64,000 bases of DNA, taken from positions 248,001-312,000 of the forward strand of contig MU056270.1 in assembly GCA_013239625.1 (NCBI GenBank), written 5' to 3'. This document shows, in pieces, positions 13,660 through 26,600 of this stretch. Each line of letters begins with the position of its first letter. Within the stretch, counting starts at the first letter, position 1. The DNA is from Lama guanicoe (Eukaryota). The position numbers were made by a program, and so were the translations under genes. A model generated the notes under the pieces. That model had not been told where the DNA came from. It made no database searches and was given only the letters and a program-made list of their open reading frames with translations.

Positions 13660-14760
13660 CCCGCTCACCCAGGTTGCTTCAGCCACTTGAAGTCCTTCAT
13701 CTTCCCAAACAAGTTTTACAATTGCTTAAAATTTCTTCAAAGACGCCTGCTGGGGATCCGACTGGGAATGTACTGAACCTACGGACCAGTGTGGGAGAAG
13801 GGACTTCTCGACGACACTGCAACGTCCAACGGGAAAACCCAGAGCGCGAACCTCCCTGCTTCGGTTGGCCTCCTTTGACTCCGTTCTGCGGTGACTTCCA
13901 GGTAGAGTGAAGACGTCTTAAACGCCTTCCACTCAGTTTATTCCTAATTTTGCATGTTTTGATGCTATCATTTACGGAACTTTAAAAAGTTTATTTTCGA
14001 TTTTTTTGCTGTATATAGTTGTATTTTAAAAACACTTTTGATCTCTGCATATTAATTCTATATCCTGAGATCTTAATAATTCACTTGTTAACTGTGATTC
14101 CTCAGGATTTTCTACGTATGCGACAATTTTATCTTGGAACGCAAATGCTTTCACTCAGTCTGCTCTCTCCTGACCTCCCTTTTTCTGGCGTTACGGCAGG
14201 GCGACGCTGGACAGCGGGTGAGAGCAGGCGCCTGGCCCCCACGGTTCACCCTCACAGGACGGACACCAGCCTCAGGTTCTGTACATCCTCCGTCAGCTTA
14301 GGGGGTCTCCTTCTACTTCTCAAGTTGGCTGAGAAGCTCTACCGTGAACAGATCTGGATTTCGTCAGCTGCCTTCACTGCACCTGCTGAGATGATTGCAC
14401 TGTTTGTCATTTTTAAGTTGTCGATACAGTGACTAGTTTCTCTGTGAGCCTGAGATAAACCTTCTGTGGTCACAGCACTGCACAGTGACACCACTTTGAT
14501 TTCCTGAAAAAATCAAGCTTTTCCTCCCTCCCCAGTGCTCGTGGGGGACGCTCTTCCCCCGGCCAGGCTCTGCTCTGGGCTCACGCAGGCTTCACAACAT
14601 GCAACTGGACGTGTCTCCTTCTCCTATATTTTCTGGTAAAACTGGCATCATTTTTTCCCCCTTAAATGCCTCGTAGAATTTACTAGTAGAACCATCTGGA
14701 CTTGGAGTTTTCTACAAAGAAAGGTTTTTGACTGTGAATTCAATTTAATAAATCATAAAG
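13660..14760 (-). mobile_element. Old LINE-1 (L1M-type) ORF2 fragment
   Basis: Antisense L1 ORF2 motifs such as cctgctggggatccgactgggaatgtactgaacctacggaccagtgtgggaga and tagaatttactagtagaaccatctggacttggag. Boundaries approximate. Confidence 0.75.
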
Positions 14761-15499
14761 ATTTTTCTCACATCAAACAACTGATTATCATTTAATAACA
14801 TTAAAAACCACAAAGTCAAAAGTTCACCATTTCTCCGCTGGATGCGTGTCTGCACCTGCTATGACCCTGTCCGGCTGTGGGCCCGTCTGTCCCTCAAAGG
14901 ATGAGGCCCCCTTCTCTGCAGTTGGTTTGCTCTGACTCTCCAGGCTTCAGGCAGTGGTTTTCTGCATTCTGTGCAGTTTACAGTTTTACCTGCGGGAGAG
15001 TCTGCCTGATACAAGCTTTCCCACCATCTCAGAATGCAGGGCTCCTCTCATCTGAATTTCTGATGCTGGGGCAGCCCTAGTGAACGGAGCACACTCACGT
15101 CTGTCAGTAGAGCCAGCACGGTCCCACTCACTTGAAGGCGCTGAACGACCTGAGTGCCAGGAGGGGTAATAAGGCTGACTTCACTAGGCTTTTCTTCGTA
15201 AATTTGGCTAAAGTAGTTTTTATTCCTCCATCGTCAAATGGTTAGAAAAATGCTAAACATTGTTTAAAAAAACCCTCTTGCAGTGACTAGAGACTCCCTG
15301 CAGCCTGACGTGAAGGCCCTCTGGCCACACCGACTCCAGCAACGACTCCGAAGTGTGTCAGGAAAGCCGAGAGGTGGCGGCCGAGGTCTAGACCCACCTG
15401 GGCCACGGGACTATCGAGCGGAGTGCGTTTCTGTGAAGAAACTCAGCGCCACAGGCCACGTTTTCATGCCTGCATGGACTCCATGGCCATGTATAAATT

Positions 15500-16100
15500 T
15501 CTTTTTAAAAATAAAAATGTATGCTCCTTGCAAATATTCAAACCACACAAAAGTTAAGGTGCAGACTGAGCTTTCTGGAGCCCTGCTTCCCACCCCTTGT
15601 CAAGACACATCTGCACACAGCCCAGGGCACATGTTGTGATGACACTGATGTGTGGACAATAACCTGTGTGTCCGTCTCACGCACGACAAGGGGTGCACGG
15701 GGTGTGGCGGACACACTGGTTTGACCCAATAACCAATGCGTGTTTAGGCTGCTTTTTAGTTTTTGCTCCTATAAAAGTATTTCAGTAGACATCACGGTAC
15801 CTATTTTGCTAGAACTTCTACATAAATTACATGCCCGCGCTGCGTGCCCACTGAGTCCACGTGCACAGCGTGCCGACTTATGCTCCAGGAAGGGGGACGT
15901 GACAGCCACTTCTCCGTACCTTTGCCAAAAAGCAGGTGTGTGTCATCAAGCTTTCAAACATGTGCCAATCTGGAGCGTTTTAAAAAATGACAGCTTTTTT
16001 TATTTGCATTCTTCAGGTACTGATGAGTTTTAATGTCTTCTGGTGTCTCGTGTTTCAGTCCACCGGTGACTTTCAGGGTCTGAGCCCATTCCTCTCTGAG
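15500..16100 (-). mobile_element. L1ME-like 3' end fossil
   Basis: tgtttaggctgctttttagtttttgctcctataaaagt and ttttatttgcattcttcaggtactgatgagttt are antisense old-L1 3' motifs. Confidence 0.5.
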
Positions 16101-16329
16101 GGCTCTGGCCTTCCTTGTGGCTTCCTACAGATTTCCACGGAGGCATTAGCTCCATGTAACATCCCGGCCTGGTGCTTTTAGGTCGGGCTGCCTGGATCTG
16201 CACTCCGAGCCCAGCCCCCACATCCTGGCTGTGTGACCGCGACGAGTCCCTCCCCTCTTCCTGCTCGGCTGCCTCGCCTGTGAGGCGGGGATGAGCCCCC
16301 ACCTGCACATGGCACAGACTCGACAGACA

Positions 16330-16470
16330 CCACCCCATTCCTACGGACATGTGGGAACATGCGTGTGCGTGTGGCAGCGTGTATGCCTGGGTGCAGGACT
16401 TGCCACCCCATTCCTACGGACACGTAGGAACATACGTGTATGTGGCAGCATGTGCCTGGGTGCAAGACTT
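16330..16470. repeat. Two-copy tandem duplication (about 70-bp unit)
   Basis: ccaccccattcctacggaca(t/c)gt(g/a)ggaacat(g/a)cgtgt...gtggcagc...tgcctgggtgca(g/a)gactt occurs at 16330 and 16403. Confidence 0.9.
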
Positions 16471-19400
16471 ACTATTTTCAAGGACCCACAAACATTTCAT
16501 CCACTTTCTCAAAGGGCAAAGTCAAGCTCTGAAAATCAGATAAAAGATACCGCTTCCCTTATCTGAAGTCCCGTAATATTTCTCCTATTCTCTAGAAATG
16601 CTAACGTGGTCTGAGCTCGAATCATTTCAAGTCACAAGGTGTGAGACAGACGCAACTGTGCGACGGCTCTTCCGGAGGCCAGATAAGGAAAGCACCTGAA
16701 GGACAGACCCCGGGAGGCAGCCACCTTGAGGAGAGCCACTCGGCCAGCCAGGCGCCCTGCGCTGGCCTGTCTCATGCCTCCTTCCTCTGAGTCGTGGGAA
16801 TCTGCGACCCCTGCCTGTGGCCGAAGCTGAGCGCCACGCGGCGGGGCCGGACAGCACGGGCACCGCTGTGGTGTCGCTCGCCCTGGACCACACGCGGCGC
16901 CCGTGAGCACTGCCCGTCCTGCTGCCGCGTCAGGGACACACGTCCTCCCTTCCCTGGAACCGCGATGACTACAGAAAATACAGAAGCACTTTGAGTTACA
17001 AATCAGCAAGGTACTTCGCCTATAGAAAGTTAATTTTAAATTCACATATTAAGTATCTTTAAGGAATACAAGCAAATCTGTTTTTAGACAGAAAAAATAG
17101 TTAAAACCAGTATTTATGCAAAAATTTAATATGTCTTAAGGATGTGGACTTCCATGTGTATTTGTACATGGAGACTAAAAATATTTTCAATTCAGCTACA
17201 GAAGATCAAACGCAAGTACTCAGAGCTCTTAGTAACGGTGGCTAACAGAACAACTGCACAGGCAGTTAACTGACTCAGAACTAACCAGAATAACCTTCCT
17301 GACACACACACACACATGCAGAGGTGACAACAGTGTAAATATCCAACTGTCAGGTTAGAAAAGCACAGCCCAGCGATGGCTTCAACGAATATCTCTTCTT
17401 GAATCGTGAAATTAATCAACTGGAGTTTTTTAAATGACTACATACAGTATCAGAAACTAAATTCACTGCTAATTACAGCAGCAAATAATCAGTTACTTAC
17501 ATGATTTGCAAAATTCAGTTTCAGAGATGAAAATTCTAAAGATCATACTTAAGCTGTTAATTGAAATTATTCTGGAAGATTAAAGTCAAACTATTTTGAC
17601 GGTTCACCTTGCACAAGGTCTCGACTTCAGTCAACTTTGAGCAAACTAAAAATCACTGTATGACTGTTTGAGACTGAGGTTCCGTTAGGATCATGCAGTC
17701 AGACTACACAAAGAACGGAGCAAAACGCAGCTGATGGAAGCGAGACCGACCCCGACAGCCTCCACGAGGCTGTGGGACCAGAGGAGCAGCAGGCGCACCG
17801 CTGGCCGTGGTGCCGCCTGCTCAGGAGGGGCTCATCCCAAGCAACGGGCCTCATGGCAGCAGAGTCTGCTGTGAATGAGAAGCTGCCAAGTGGCCGCTAC
17901 CCCACCCAGTACCCCTCACCACATGACGGCAGAGGAGGGACGCTGGGGCACTCGAGGCGGGCACCTGGCCGCGGGCAGTGGGACCCCAGCCCCCAGGACC
18001 CGGCGCTGCCATCCTGGGACTCCGCACAGGGGTTCAGCAGAGTTCACCTGCGCTGCCCTGAAGAGCACGTTACTCTGTGGACGGTGACGCCGCAGGCCTG
18101 CACACGTGTCTGCTGTCCCTGCCACTCCCATTTTAATTCAAGCGCAGCTGCACGGAGCTTCCACAGAACGCAAGCGCTACCACGCTCGTTTCAGTTCAGT
18201 TCAACAAATGCGAGCATCTGCTGTGTCCTGTTTGCTAAAACGTGAACAAGAACGTCGTATGACCGACTTTCCTCTTCGAAGAGAAACTGAGAAAAATCAC
18301 CACAAGACCACAGGCCGAACTCTCGGAAGATAAACTGAGGCGCGACCCGCACGTTCACTAGGCTGTAAACGGAACGGCCTCGCCCCCCGCCAGCGCGGAA
18401 CACACACAGGACACGGCCAGCGCGGGCAGCCCTGTCAGGTGCAGGCTTCCGCCCGAGGGAGGAGGGGCTTCAGCAGGGGAGCGGCAGGTCCAAGTCTTAC
18501 TTCAGGAAGACGGGCTCTCCCAGCAGGCAGGGGCTGGGGCCAGGCCACGCAGGGCGTCCCCAAAGGACTGGGGCCGGGGCCAGAGCAGGGGGCCTGCGTT
18601 CACCCTGGAGGCACAGCACGAGGGCCGACGTGACTGACAGGACGAGGGAGGAGAGCCTGTGAGTGCAGCAGCAGGAAGACCGGGAGCTCACTGAGTGCAG
18701 AACTCACTCCACCTGAGGAAGGACTGGCAGAAAGACCAGCGGCCTTGAGGCACACAGCTCGGGGCCAGCAGCACAGGGCAGCGGGGAGGGCGAACCCACA
18801 GAGGACGGGAGGGCCACCGGCCAGCCTGGGACCGGAGGTGCCACGGGAGGACCAGACCTCTCAGGCAGAGGGCCCAGCCACGGGCTGCTCGAGACACAGA
18901 GCGAGAAAGGGAGCAGTCCACGGGCCCCCACTGGCGCCGGACGTGGACACTGGGGGTCTCAGGGCAGGCAGGGAGGACGGGGGCCACACAAAGCCTGGGA
19001 ACAACCCAGACGCCCGTCTGAGGGGCCGGGCTGCAAAGAGAAGAGGGCGGGGCCTGCGACAACAGCAGAGTGACCAGAGCTGCTGCCCCAGGGCCCCCCC
19101 GCCAACCCTGACAGGTGCCAGCCACTGGGTCCTTCAAGAATGCGGGGTTCAGAAGACGGGAGCGAGCACGAGGTGCTGATTCTATGCCAGACACAGACGT
19201 GATGGGCACACAAGTGACTGAAGCGTCTGCAGGGAGTTAGTACTTAGGACGTGCCCGCGCACGCGTGTGTGCAGAGCCTGCCGTGTAACGGCTCCTTTAT
19301 TTGCGAGTTCAGGACTGGTAAACCGTTTGCACCAGAGTGTGGTGAGGTAATTCACCGGAGGGGACAGGGTTGGGGCTGCCCCCTCCAGCTCCGGCCCCAG

Positions 19401-21745
19401 GGCAGGAGGGGGCCCCTCAAGGGGAAGCAGAAACCAGGCGGGTCCGCAGAGCCGGGAGCCCCGCACAGACGACAGCTGAGTTTTGTGACTTGTTCCCTTA
19501 GGCAGAAAATAGGGAGATTTTACTCAAAAACAATTCCGCAATCTGCGCCTTGTAATTCTGAACCTTTCAGTCACTGTTCTACAAAAAACTTAAACGACCC
19601 AAAGTCTGGGAATGAGAAAGGAGTTTTCTCACATCTTTGTTTGAAAGTTCTCCCAAAACAGGGAACTAAAACACATACAAGAATAGACCTCTTCCGTCCG
19701 CACACAGGGGAGTTACAGGAGCCGAAAAGGTGCGATGGGGCTCAGAGAACCTGAAAACGGCCCTCCCAGTGTGGGACCTTCACGGGAAGGCACTCCTCCT
19801 GGATGGGCCCCGAGCAGAGCAGCCCCATGGGAGCAGCAGGGTCCCAGCCACTGAACAAACACCCACTGACCAGGCACCGGGCACCTCGCAGGAGTCCAGA
19901 CAATGCAGACACAGAGTCCAGGAGACAAGAGTCTCTGTGAATCTGAAAAGTTGCGATAAACTTCTGCGGGGGCATCTCCCACCTGAACTGATATGGATAC
20001 TGCCACCCCCAACCTCCTCGAGCAGTCACCTGCTCTCTGCAGGAAGCCCTGCTGGGGATGCAACACACCGAACACAGAGACTCCAAGCCTCTGGGCCCAA
20101 GCGTTTCAAGAGACTGTAGATCAGAAGCCCCAGAGGCCACTGGCAGATGACCTTGAGGACAGTCATTTATGGCTGAAAGTCACGTTTGTTCATGTGGAGT
20201 CACACTTGCTGCTCACACAGAGGGGGCGTCTCTTCAGTCTCCCTGGAAGCTGGCCACTAAACACGCCGTCAGGGTTTGGCTTGAAGGAGCTCAACCAACG
20301 TAGCGGCTGGTGCCGAAACCACCGCACAGCACCCTCCTTGTGAGTAACCGTCTCACACAGAGAATGTGCGAAGGGCTCACAGGTTAGCCCCGGAACACCA
20401 GGCCTGCTCCCCACTGGCCAAGTCCCCCCCCCGGCTGGCGTCCTGACACTCAGTGGAGGCCTGAGGAGAAAAGGGTGTGGGGGTGGGCCTCGCAAGGCCG
20501 GGGAGAATTACTGTTTACGCAAAGGCAAGGTGGTCGGAACGGGCCCCTGGGAGGGTGCGGGAAGGCTGGGCCACAAACCCCTCCGTGTGCCGGAGAGGCT
20601 GCAGGGGTGAGGGGCCCGCAGGGGCACACTGGCCGCTTTGCAGATTTCTGTTTAAGTTAACGAGACGATACCACAAGTTACTGACAGGATCAGACTTAAA
20701 CTGTAAAAGAATACATCTGGGATGTGAACTGTAATCTGGTTTGGAACCGGGAAAGCCTGTGTGCCAAGTAACGGTTCTGGCCAGGGGCATTCGCCCTCAC
20801 ATGCCCACCAGGACGGCAATCCCAGGAGTTAAACAGCTGCAGCCACATGCGTATTATCAAGTTGATGGTTCTGGTTTTCAGCTTAAAACCCGGGCATCAC
20901 AGCATTGCTGCCCCCAACGTTGAACAGGGAATAGAAACCAGCGGCGTCTGAAGAGCACACTTACTAAACACACCCCACAACAAAACGGACAGTGAGTGAT
21001 GCAGGTGACGAGGTAAGAGCGTGAAGGTTAACTCAACCCGGCGACAGCTCACGGGAACCCAGACTCACAAAACCCAGAGAACCGACACCCCGCGTGGACA
21101 GGGCCGTTTCTGCGTCAGCCTGCAGCCGCACACAAGCACCAGCAGCGGCCTGACTCCGTGCACTCCACACTGCTTCACACAGAACAGCTACTCGATCAAC
21201 CAAAACTCTCACTGCACTCAGCAAGCAACAGTTACCCCTAAAATGCAAATGGTCAAGTGGTGCGCGTGACTTCTGCTGACGTCAGCGACAAGCCCGGGGC
21301 GGCAGTCACCTTCCTCGTCCACCGCCCTCTGCTGAGTCTGCACAGCGGCCTCAGCCCGGACGTCTCCTCGAGCCCCTCACCCCTCAGCATCAGCAGTCGG
21401 TCTCATGTGGCCGTGACCTGTGTCCTAAGTGCATTTTGGGACTGTCACTCGCAGTCTACCCCTCTGGGCAGGAAAGGAGTGTCCCAGAAGCAAGGGTCAG
21501 TCACTGAGAGGGTTGAACGCCGTGAGGTGTAAGTGCTTGTTCTCTGGGACTGAAGAATATCTTTAAGCCGAAAGTCTGCTAAATCCCAAACTGTCAAAAA
21601 ATGGGTTTATGCTGATAAAAAGTTAAAATCAAACTAATCCCTCAGTAAGTATGAGAAAAATGGGAGCAAAAGGAGGGGCACCTCCAGAATGATGGGTGAA
21701 GCGAAGCCGCGCCGGCACCCGGGCTGCGTCGGCGCCGGGCCATAC

Positions 21746-21887
21746 CTGTGGGCGGCAGGCAGTCCTTCCAGTCGAAGTAGCCGGCGTAAATGCCTGGCTC
21801 CAGGGAGCCGACGATGGGGTCTGCCTTCAGCTCGATGTAGCTCTCAAAGAGTCGCTGGTCCAACTCTTTCAGCGAGGCCATGCTGAC
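21746..21887 (-). CDS. EXOC2: EXOC2 exon ~23 (142 nt): [47 protein letters not shown](G)
   Basis: Acceptor attgtag|GTC, donor CAG|gtatgg. Confidence 0.98.
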
Positions 21888-22719
21888 CTACAATCAGAAA
21901 CACGAACAATCACGAGCCACCGACCAGCAGGTGAAGGAGAAGCAAAACAACGTTACGTAGAAACCTCAGTACATTTTAAAAGCACTTGTCACTTTTCCTA
22001 CACAAAGGCACGAGTTTTATCTCACTTTCGGTAACAGAAGCCAGTCAAGCACAGCCGTCTCACGGGCTGGGAACAGCCCCCGGAGGCCATCGCAGGAAGC
22101 GCAGCATGTCCGCCAGCAGCGCGCCAGGAGCAAAGACACCAGAGGAAAGGCAAGGAAAGTTCAGGTGGAGGCAGGTAAGCAATTAGAGACGAGGTAGGAA
22201 CTGAACCGGAGGAAAACATAGCTGGATTTCAAGTCTGTGGCCTGAAAGCGCCTTCTGAGTGCAGGGCTGGACCGCACACACCCAGGCAAAGGCCACCGAG
22301 GTTCCTAATTTCTAAACAATAAAGAGAAGGAGGAAACTATTTAAGCTTCTGGACCAGAGAGATAATTTACCATCCACACCAGGCTTCGCAGCTGCAGTGC
22401 TGGGACCTGACGCCTCGACAGGAACGTCCCCCAGAGGCCAAGACCCAGGACTCCACGCCACTGGCCGAGCCCAGCGAGCCCCAGACTGAGGAGGGAACAG
22501 GGGCGGGGACCCGGCCCCTCCACCCTACTCCTGGAGTGTTTAGAGACAGAAGCCGGACAGATGATGAGCGACTGGGAACGGGGGCACAGGAGCGACTCTT
22601 CGAAGAGAAGAGGCGTCCCCAGTGAGGAAGCCTGTTGACCGGAGGCGCGGCGCGCAGAGCGCGGCCGCGCCGCACGCCTGCACCTGCCGGGGAGGAGGAG
22701 GGTGCAGAGAAGACAGGCT

Positions 22720-24370
22720 TCACGTTAACGCCCGGCGAGAAGAAGAGAAAACTCAACTCAGACAAAGTGGAAGGAGAACGAAGGCAAGGGCAGAAACCAG
22801 GCACGTCTTTAAAGTCATCGACGCCCAAAGCAGGGTTCTGGAGGGTCGTTACAGCTTGTGTCAGTAAGTCTGACAACACAGAGGAAACGGACAAACTCCT
22901 AAAAAATCAGCTTTCTGGAAAGACAAGCAGCCCTCCGTGCACGGGACTCCCGAGTCCATCGCTTAAAACGCCTCCACACGCCGGAGACCCCAGGGCCAGA
23001 TGGCCTCGCTGGCGCCTCCCACCGAGCACCAGCGGAGGAAATCACATCACACACAGGCTTTTTCACAGAGCACAGCCTGAGAACACTTCCTATTTTGTTT
23101 AATGAAGCCAGAAAAACCCCGATGTCAAAACTGGCAAGCACACTGTGAGAAGAGCAAATTCCAGACCAGGAGCCCTTGTGAACCGAGACACGAGAGACCC
23201 AGCAAGCTACTGGCCAACCGGGTCTATGAACAAGCGAAGAAGCGGGGTTGTCTCAGCAGACGGAAAACCAGGGCCGGACAAGGGTCCCCGACGCCTGCTC
23301 CCAAGACTGCACCAGGGGCCTCGGCCACGCAGCGCAGCCAGATGAAGGACCAGAGGAGGAGGACAGCTTCTGTTCAGCACACGCGGTAAACCCAGCATAA
23401 CAGAACCATAGTAGTTCACACCACGTCAGAGGCCACGGAGACAGGCGTCAACCTAAAGACAGCAGCTCAAGCCACAGAGCCTCCGGGAGAAGGAGACCCG
23501 GGACACTGGGGCAGGCAGAGATTCTGCAGGGCACTGGGGACACCAAACATTCACAAAAGGCGATAAACCGGATCCCACCACAGTTTAAACTTCCTACCCA
23601 GAGTCACCACTGGGAAGCAAGCAGCGAGCCACGGACTGAGAGAACGGGGCGTCCATGTCCCTGCAGCCACACGGCTCCCGGCGTCACTAACAGGAAGGCA
23701 AGCAGCCAGCAGTCAGCGAGCACGCACTCTGAAGGGCGCCTCGGGGAGGAGGCGCCTGAACACGCACACCCATACGTGCAAGGAAGACGCTTAACATCAC
23801 GCTTATCCGGGGAAGCCAGCAGAGCTATGAGGTGGGCTCGAGTAAGAAGGAACGTGGTGTGTCAGTGAGCAGGTGGGGCGCCAGGACACGGCTGCGCTGC
23901 TGGCTGTGCTAAATGAGACGCCCATTTGGGAAAACGGCTTGGTTTCTGTCAACCTGTTCCATGACCGGCAATCCTGCGCCCAGGAACACACACAGGAGTA
24001 CAAAGCCCACCGAGAGCAGTGGCCACGTCCCCTGCACCCACATTCATAACCACCAAGACGGGGAGCAGCCCGACGCCCACTGCCAAGGGTAACCCCGCCA
24101 ACTCTGCTGCCCGAATTCAGCGAGAAAAGACGTAAGTTACTGACAGACACACAATTTGGATGAATCTCAAAAATTATTAGGTCAGAGCAAAAGCAGCCAG
24201 ACACAAAGGCAACAAAATTGGGTTCCACTTTCCTTGAAGTTCAAGAATAGGCAAAACTAACCTGTGCTGACAGAAATCGAACAGTGGTGAGAGGGGTGCC
24301 CGCTGCCTGTCTCCAGTGAACCGTGGGGGAAAACGTGCTAATTCAATAACTGTGCCTTCAGACACAGACG
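22720..24370 (+). mobile_element. Old, internally deleted LINE-1 (ORF2 pieces plus L1MC/ME-like 3' end), strongly GC-shifted
   Basis: ORF2 landmarks gaggaaacggacaaactcctaa, ccagggccagatggcctcgctgg (PGPDG region) and aacacttcc...aatgaagccagaaaaaccccgatgtcaaaac; 3' end ggatgaatctcaaaaattatt...caagaataggcaaaactaacc. Confidence 0.75.
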
Positions 24371-25399
24371 TGCTGGCAGAACCAGCAAGCCGCTGCTACG
24401 GTGCACCTGGCCCGGAGCAGCCGGGGCCGGGCAGGCGCACGGACACTCATGAGACCACCATGTCCTCCTTGGAGGCAAAGCGCGAGCCAAGTGCTCCAAC
24501 ATCACTGCCACCTGCGTCACGGCAGGCGGCCACGCGCGCACGTCCTGGAACAAGACGCCCGCTGGCGAGTGCCCCACCTCCCGGTTTCTACATGGGGTCT
24601 CAGCTCACGCAAAGTAGTTGAAGAAAAGTAAAATCATTATTCTGACTTATTTTAACGTTTCCAATTTAAATTTCCTACTTTACTATTTCCAAAACTTTCT
24701 GGTAAGAATGCTGTTTGAGAAATAAGTCTCTGAGAAAGAAAAAAATAACAGAAAAAAGCCCCGTTATTTTTTTCAAAAATGACAGAAAGAGTACATTTAA
24801 CGGAGCCGTCTCTGTGGACATGAACTCACCAAACTATAATCAGAACACCTGTGCAAGTGAGCCTGGATTCCCAGGTTCAGTCGAACTAAAAGAGTTTTAT
24901 TCCTCACAACGGATGGCTGGACAGACAGCAAACTGACAGTCCTTTATGCTCCTGAACCAACACTTGTCAAATGTGGACAAAACAGACACCAAATACAGAA
25001 AGAAACCCTGAATCCTTGTGCAGGAAGCGGGATGTGCTGTCAGTCGGCCCCGGGAGGGCTAATGAGGACCCGTCCGTGGGACCCTAGCCCCAACCTCCCA
25101 CCCTGTTCACTAGACCTGCCACCCACACAGACCCAGTTGGGGGCTCCGCCCCCGCCCCGCCGCCTGGAATGACACGGCTCCGGAGCTTGGTAGCTGCCTT
25201 CTCCGACTTAGTAACAGCATCACAGGGAGGTTCTGGGAGGGAAGAGCAGCTCCAGTAACACGCAGCAGACACAGGTCTCCGCGAGCTCAGACACCGCAGA
25301 TGCAGCAGGGGGAGGGGAGCGGAAGACAGTCCCGGCCACCACAGAGAATCGGCCGCGGGAACTGGGCAGGAGAAGGTAACAGACTCGGGGAGCAGAAGG

Positions 25400-26600
25400 C
25401 CTAACGCAGGCCCAACACGGGCTCCTGAAGGAGAGAAAGGGGCACACAGGGAGGGCTGATGGCTGAGAGTTTCCCAGGACCGGGTAAAGCTCTCAGTCGG
25501 GGGAAAAGGCAAAAAAAAAAGTCCACCAGGAGAGACATCACGGGGACCACAGGGCTGGAGACAAAGAAAGCACCCGAGACGCGGCCAAGGGAGGCCTGTG
25601 ATCGCCTCCCCGTGACAGCCAGAAAAGCACGCAGACGGGCAGGCGGACAGACGGAGCAGACGGGCAGACAGAGCGGGCGCACAGGCCTGGCCCGGGGCGC
25701 GTGGACCCTGGTCACAATCGAGGCAAAAGCTTTTCATGCAAAGCAGCATTTCAGAAAACTCACCACATGTCACTTGCAAAGCAAGTTTCAACAGAGATGA
25801 AACCATGATATTCTCTGACATCAGAATCCTTAGCTTAGAGATCTCCAACAAAGAAAAAACTAACTCCTAATATTGAAACTAACTGCTCCCTCAATTTGGA
25901 AATTTAAAATCACACGTCTGCACGCTGGTGTGTCAAGGAAAAACACACGATTAAAACTGGAAAGTACGCCTCGAACAACTAAAACACCACGTGCAAGTAC
26001 GTGGGACACAGCCAGAGAGGAAAATTCAGGGCCTTAAATGTTCATATTAAAAAGGAGAGGCTTGGCATCGACAAGCCATGTGAACAAACCATCGCGCTCA
26101 GCACCCACTCACTGCATCAGGAGATGGGCAAGGACGCACAGAGCTCAAGGCAGCCAGAGCGGCTCCTGGCAGGATTCCGGCGAGGCTGATCGAAGAAAAA
26201 GACTGAAAACATTGAGCAACACTAAGTATTAAAAGCGGTCATGACCACAGATGCCATCGAGATTGAAATAACATGAAACTATCATAAAATAATTTTATGC
26301 TAATAAATTTGAAAATCTAGGCAAAAGTGACAAAGTTCAAGAAAAATACGGATGACGACATCTAACAAGAAGAAACTAAATCTTTTTTTAAGAGAGAACT
26401 AAATCTGAATGGTTCTTTAGTCTTTAAAGAGAACGAATCAGCCATTAAAAATTATCTCACAAAGAAAATACAGGCCTAGAAAGTTTCACCAGAGAATTCT
26501 TCTAATATCCAAAGAACAAGTAATTCCAACTCTTACACAAACTCTTTCAGAATAAGAAGAAAGGGGACAGTCTAACTCACTTTACAAATTGGCATAACCT
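25400..26600 (+). mobile_element. Old LINE-1 fragment (ORF1 remnant plus ORF2 pieces)
   Basis: gatggctgagagtttcccag (ORF1-like), tattctctgacatcag...aatttggaaatttaaaa, tatgctaataaatttgaaaatctagg, cttacacaaactctttcagaa. Boundaries approximate. Confidence 0.75.

Noticed and set aside
25084-25851. 255-aa minus-strand ORF
   Set aside because: It is largely antisense to a GC-shifted L1 fossil, starts at a non-ATG codon and has no recognisable protein features.
14590-26600. Inverted L1 segments flanking exon ~23 as a circRNA or editing duplex
   Set aside because: The copies are old and too diverged from each other to form a long stable duplex.
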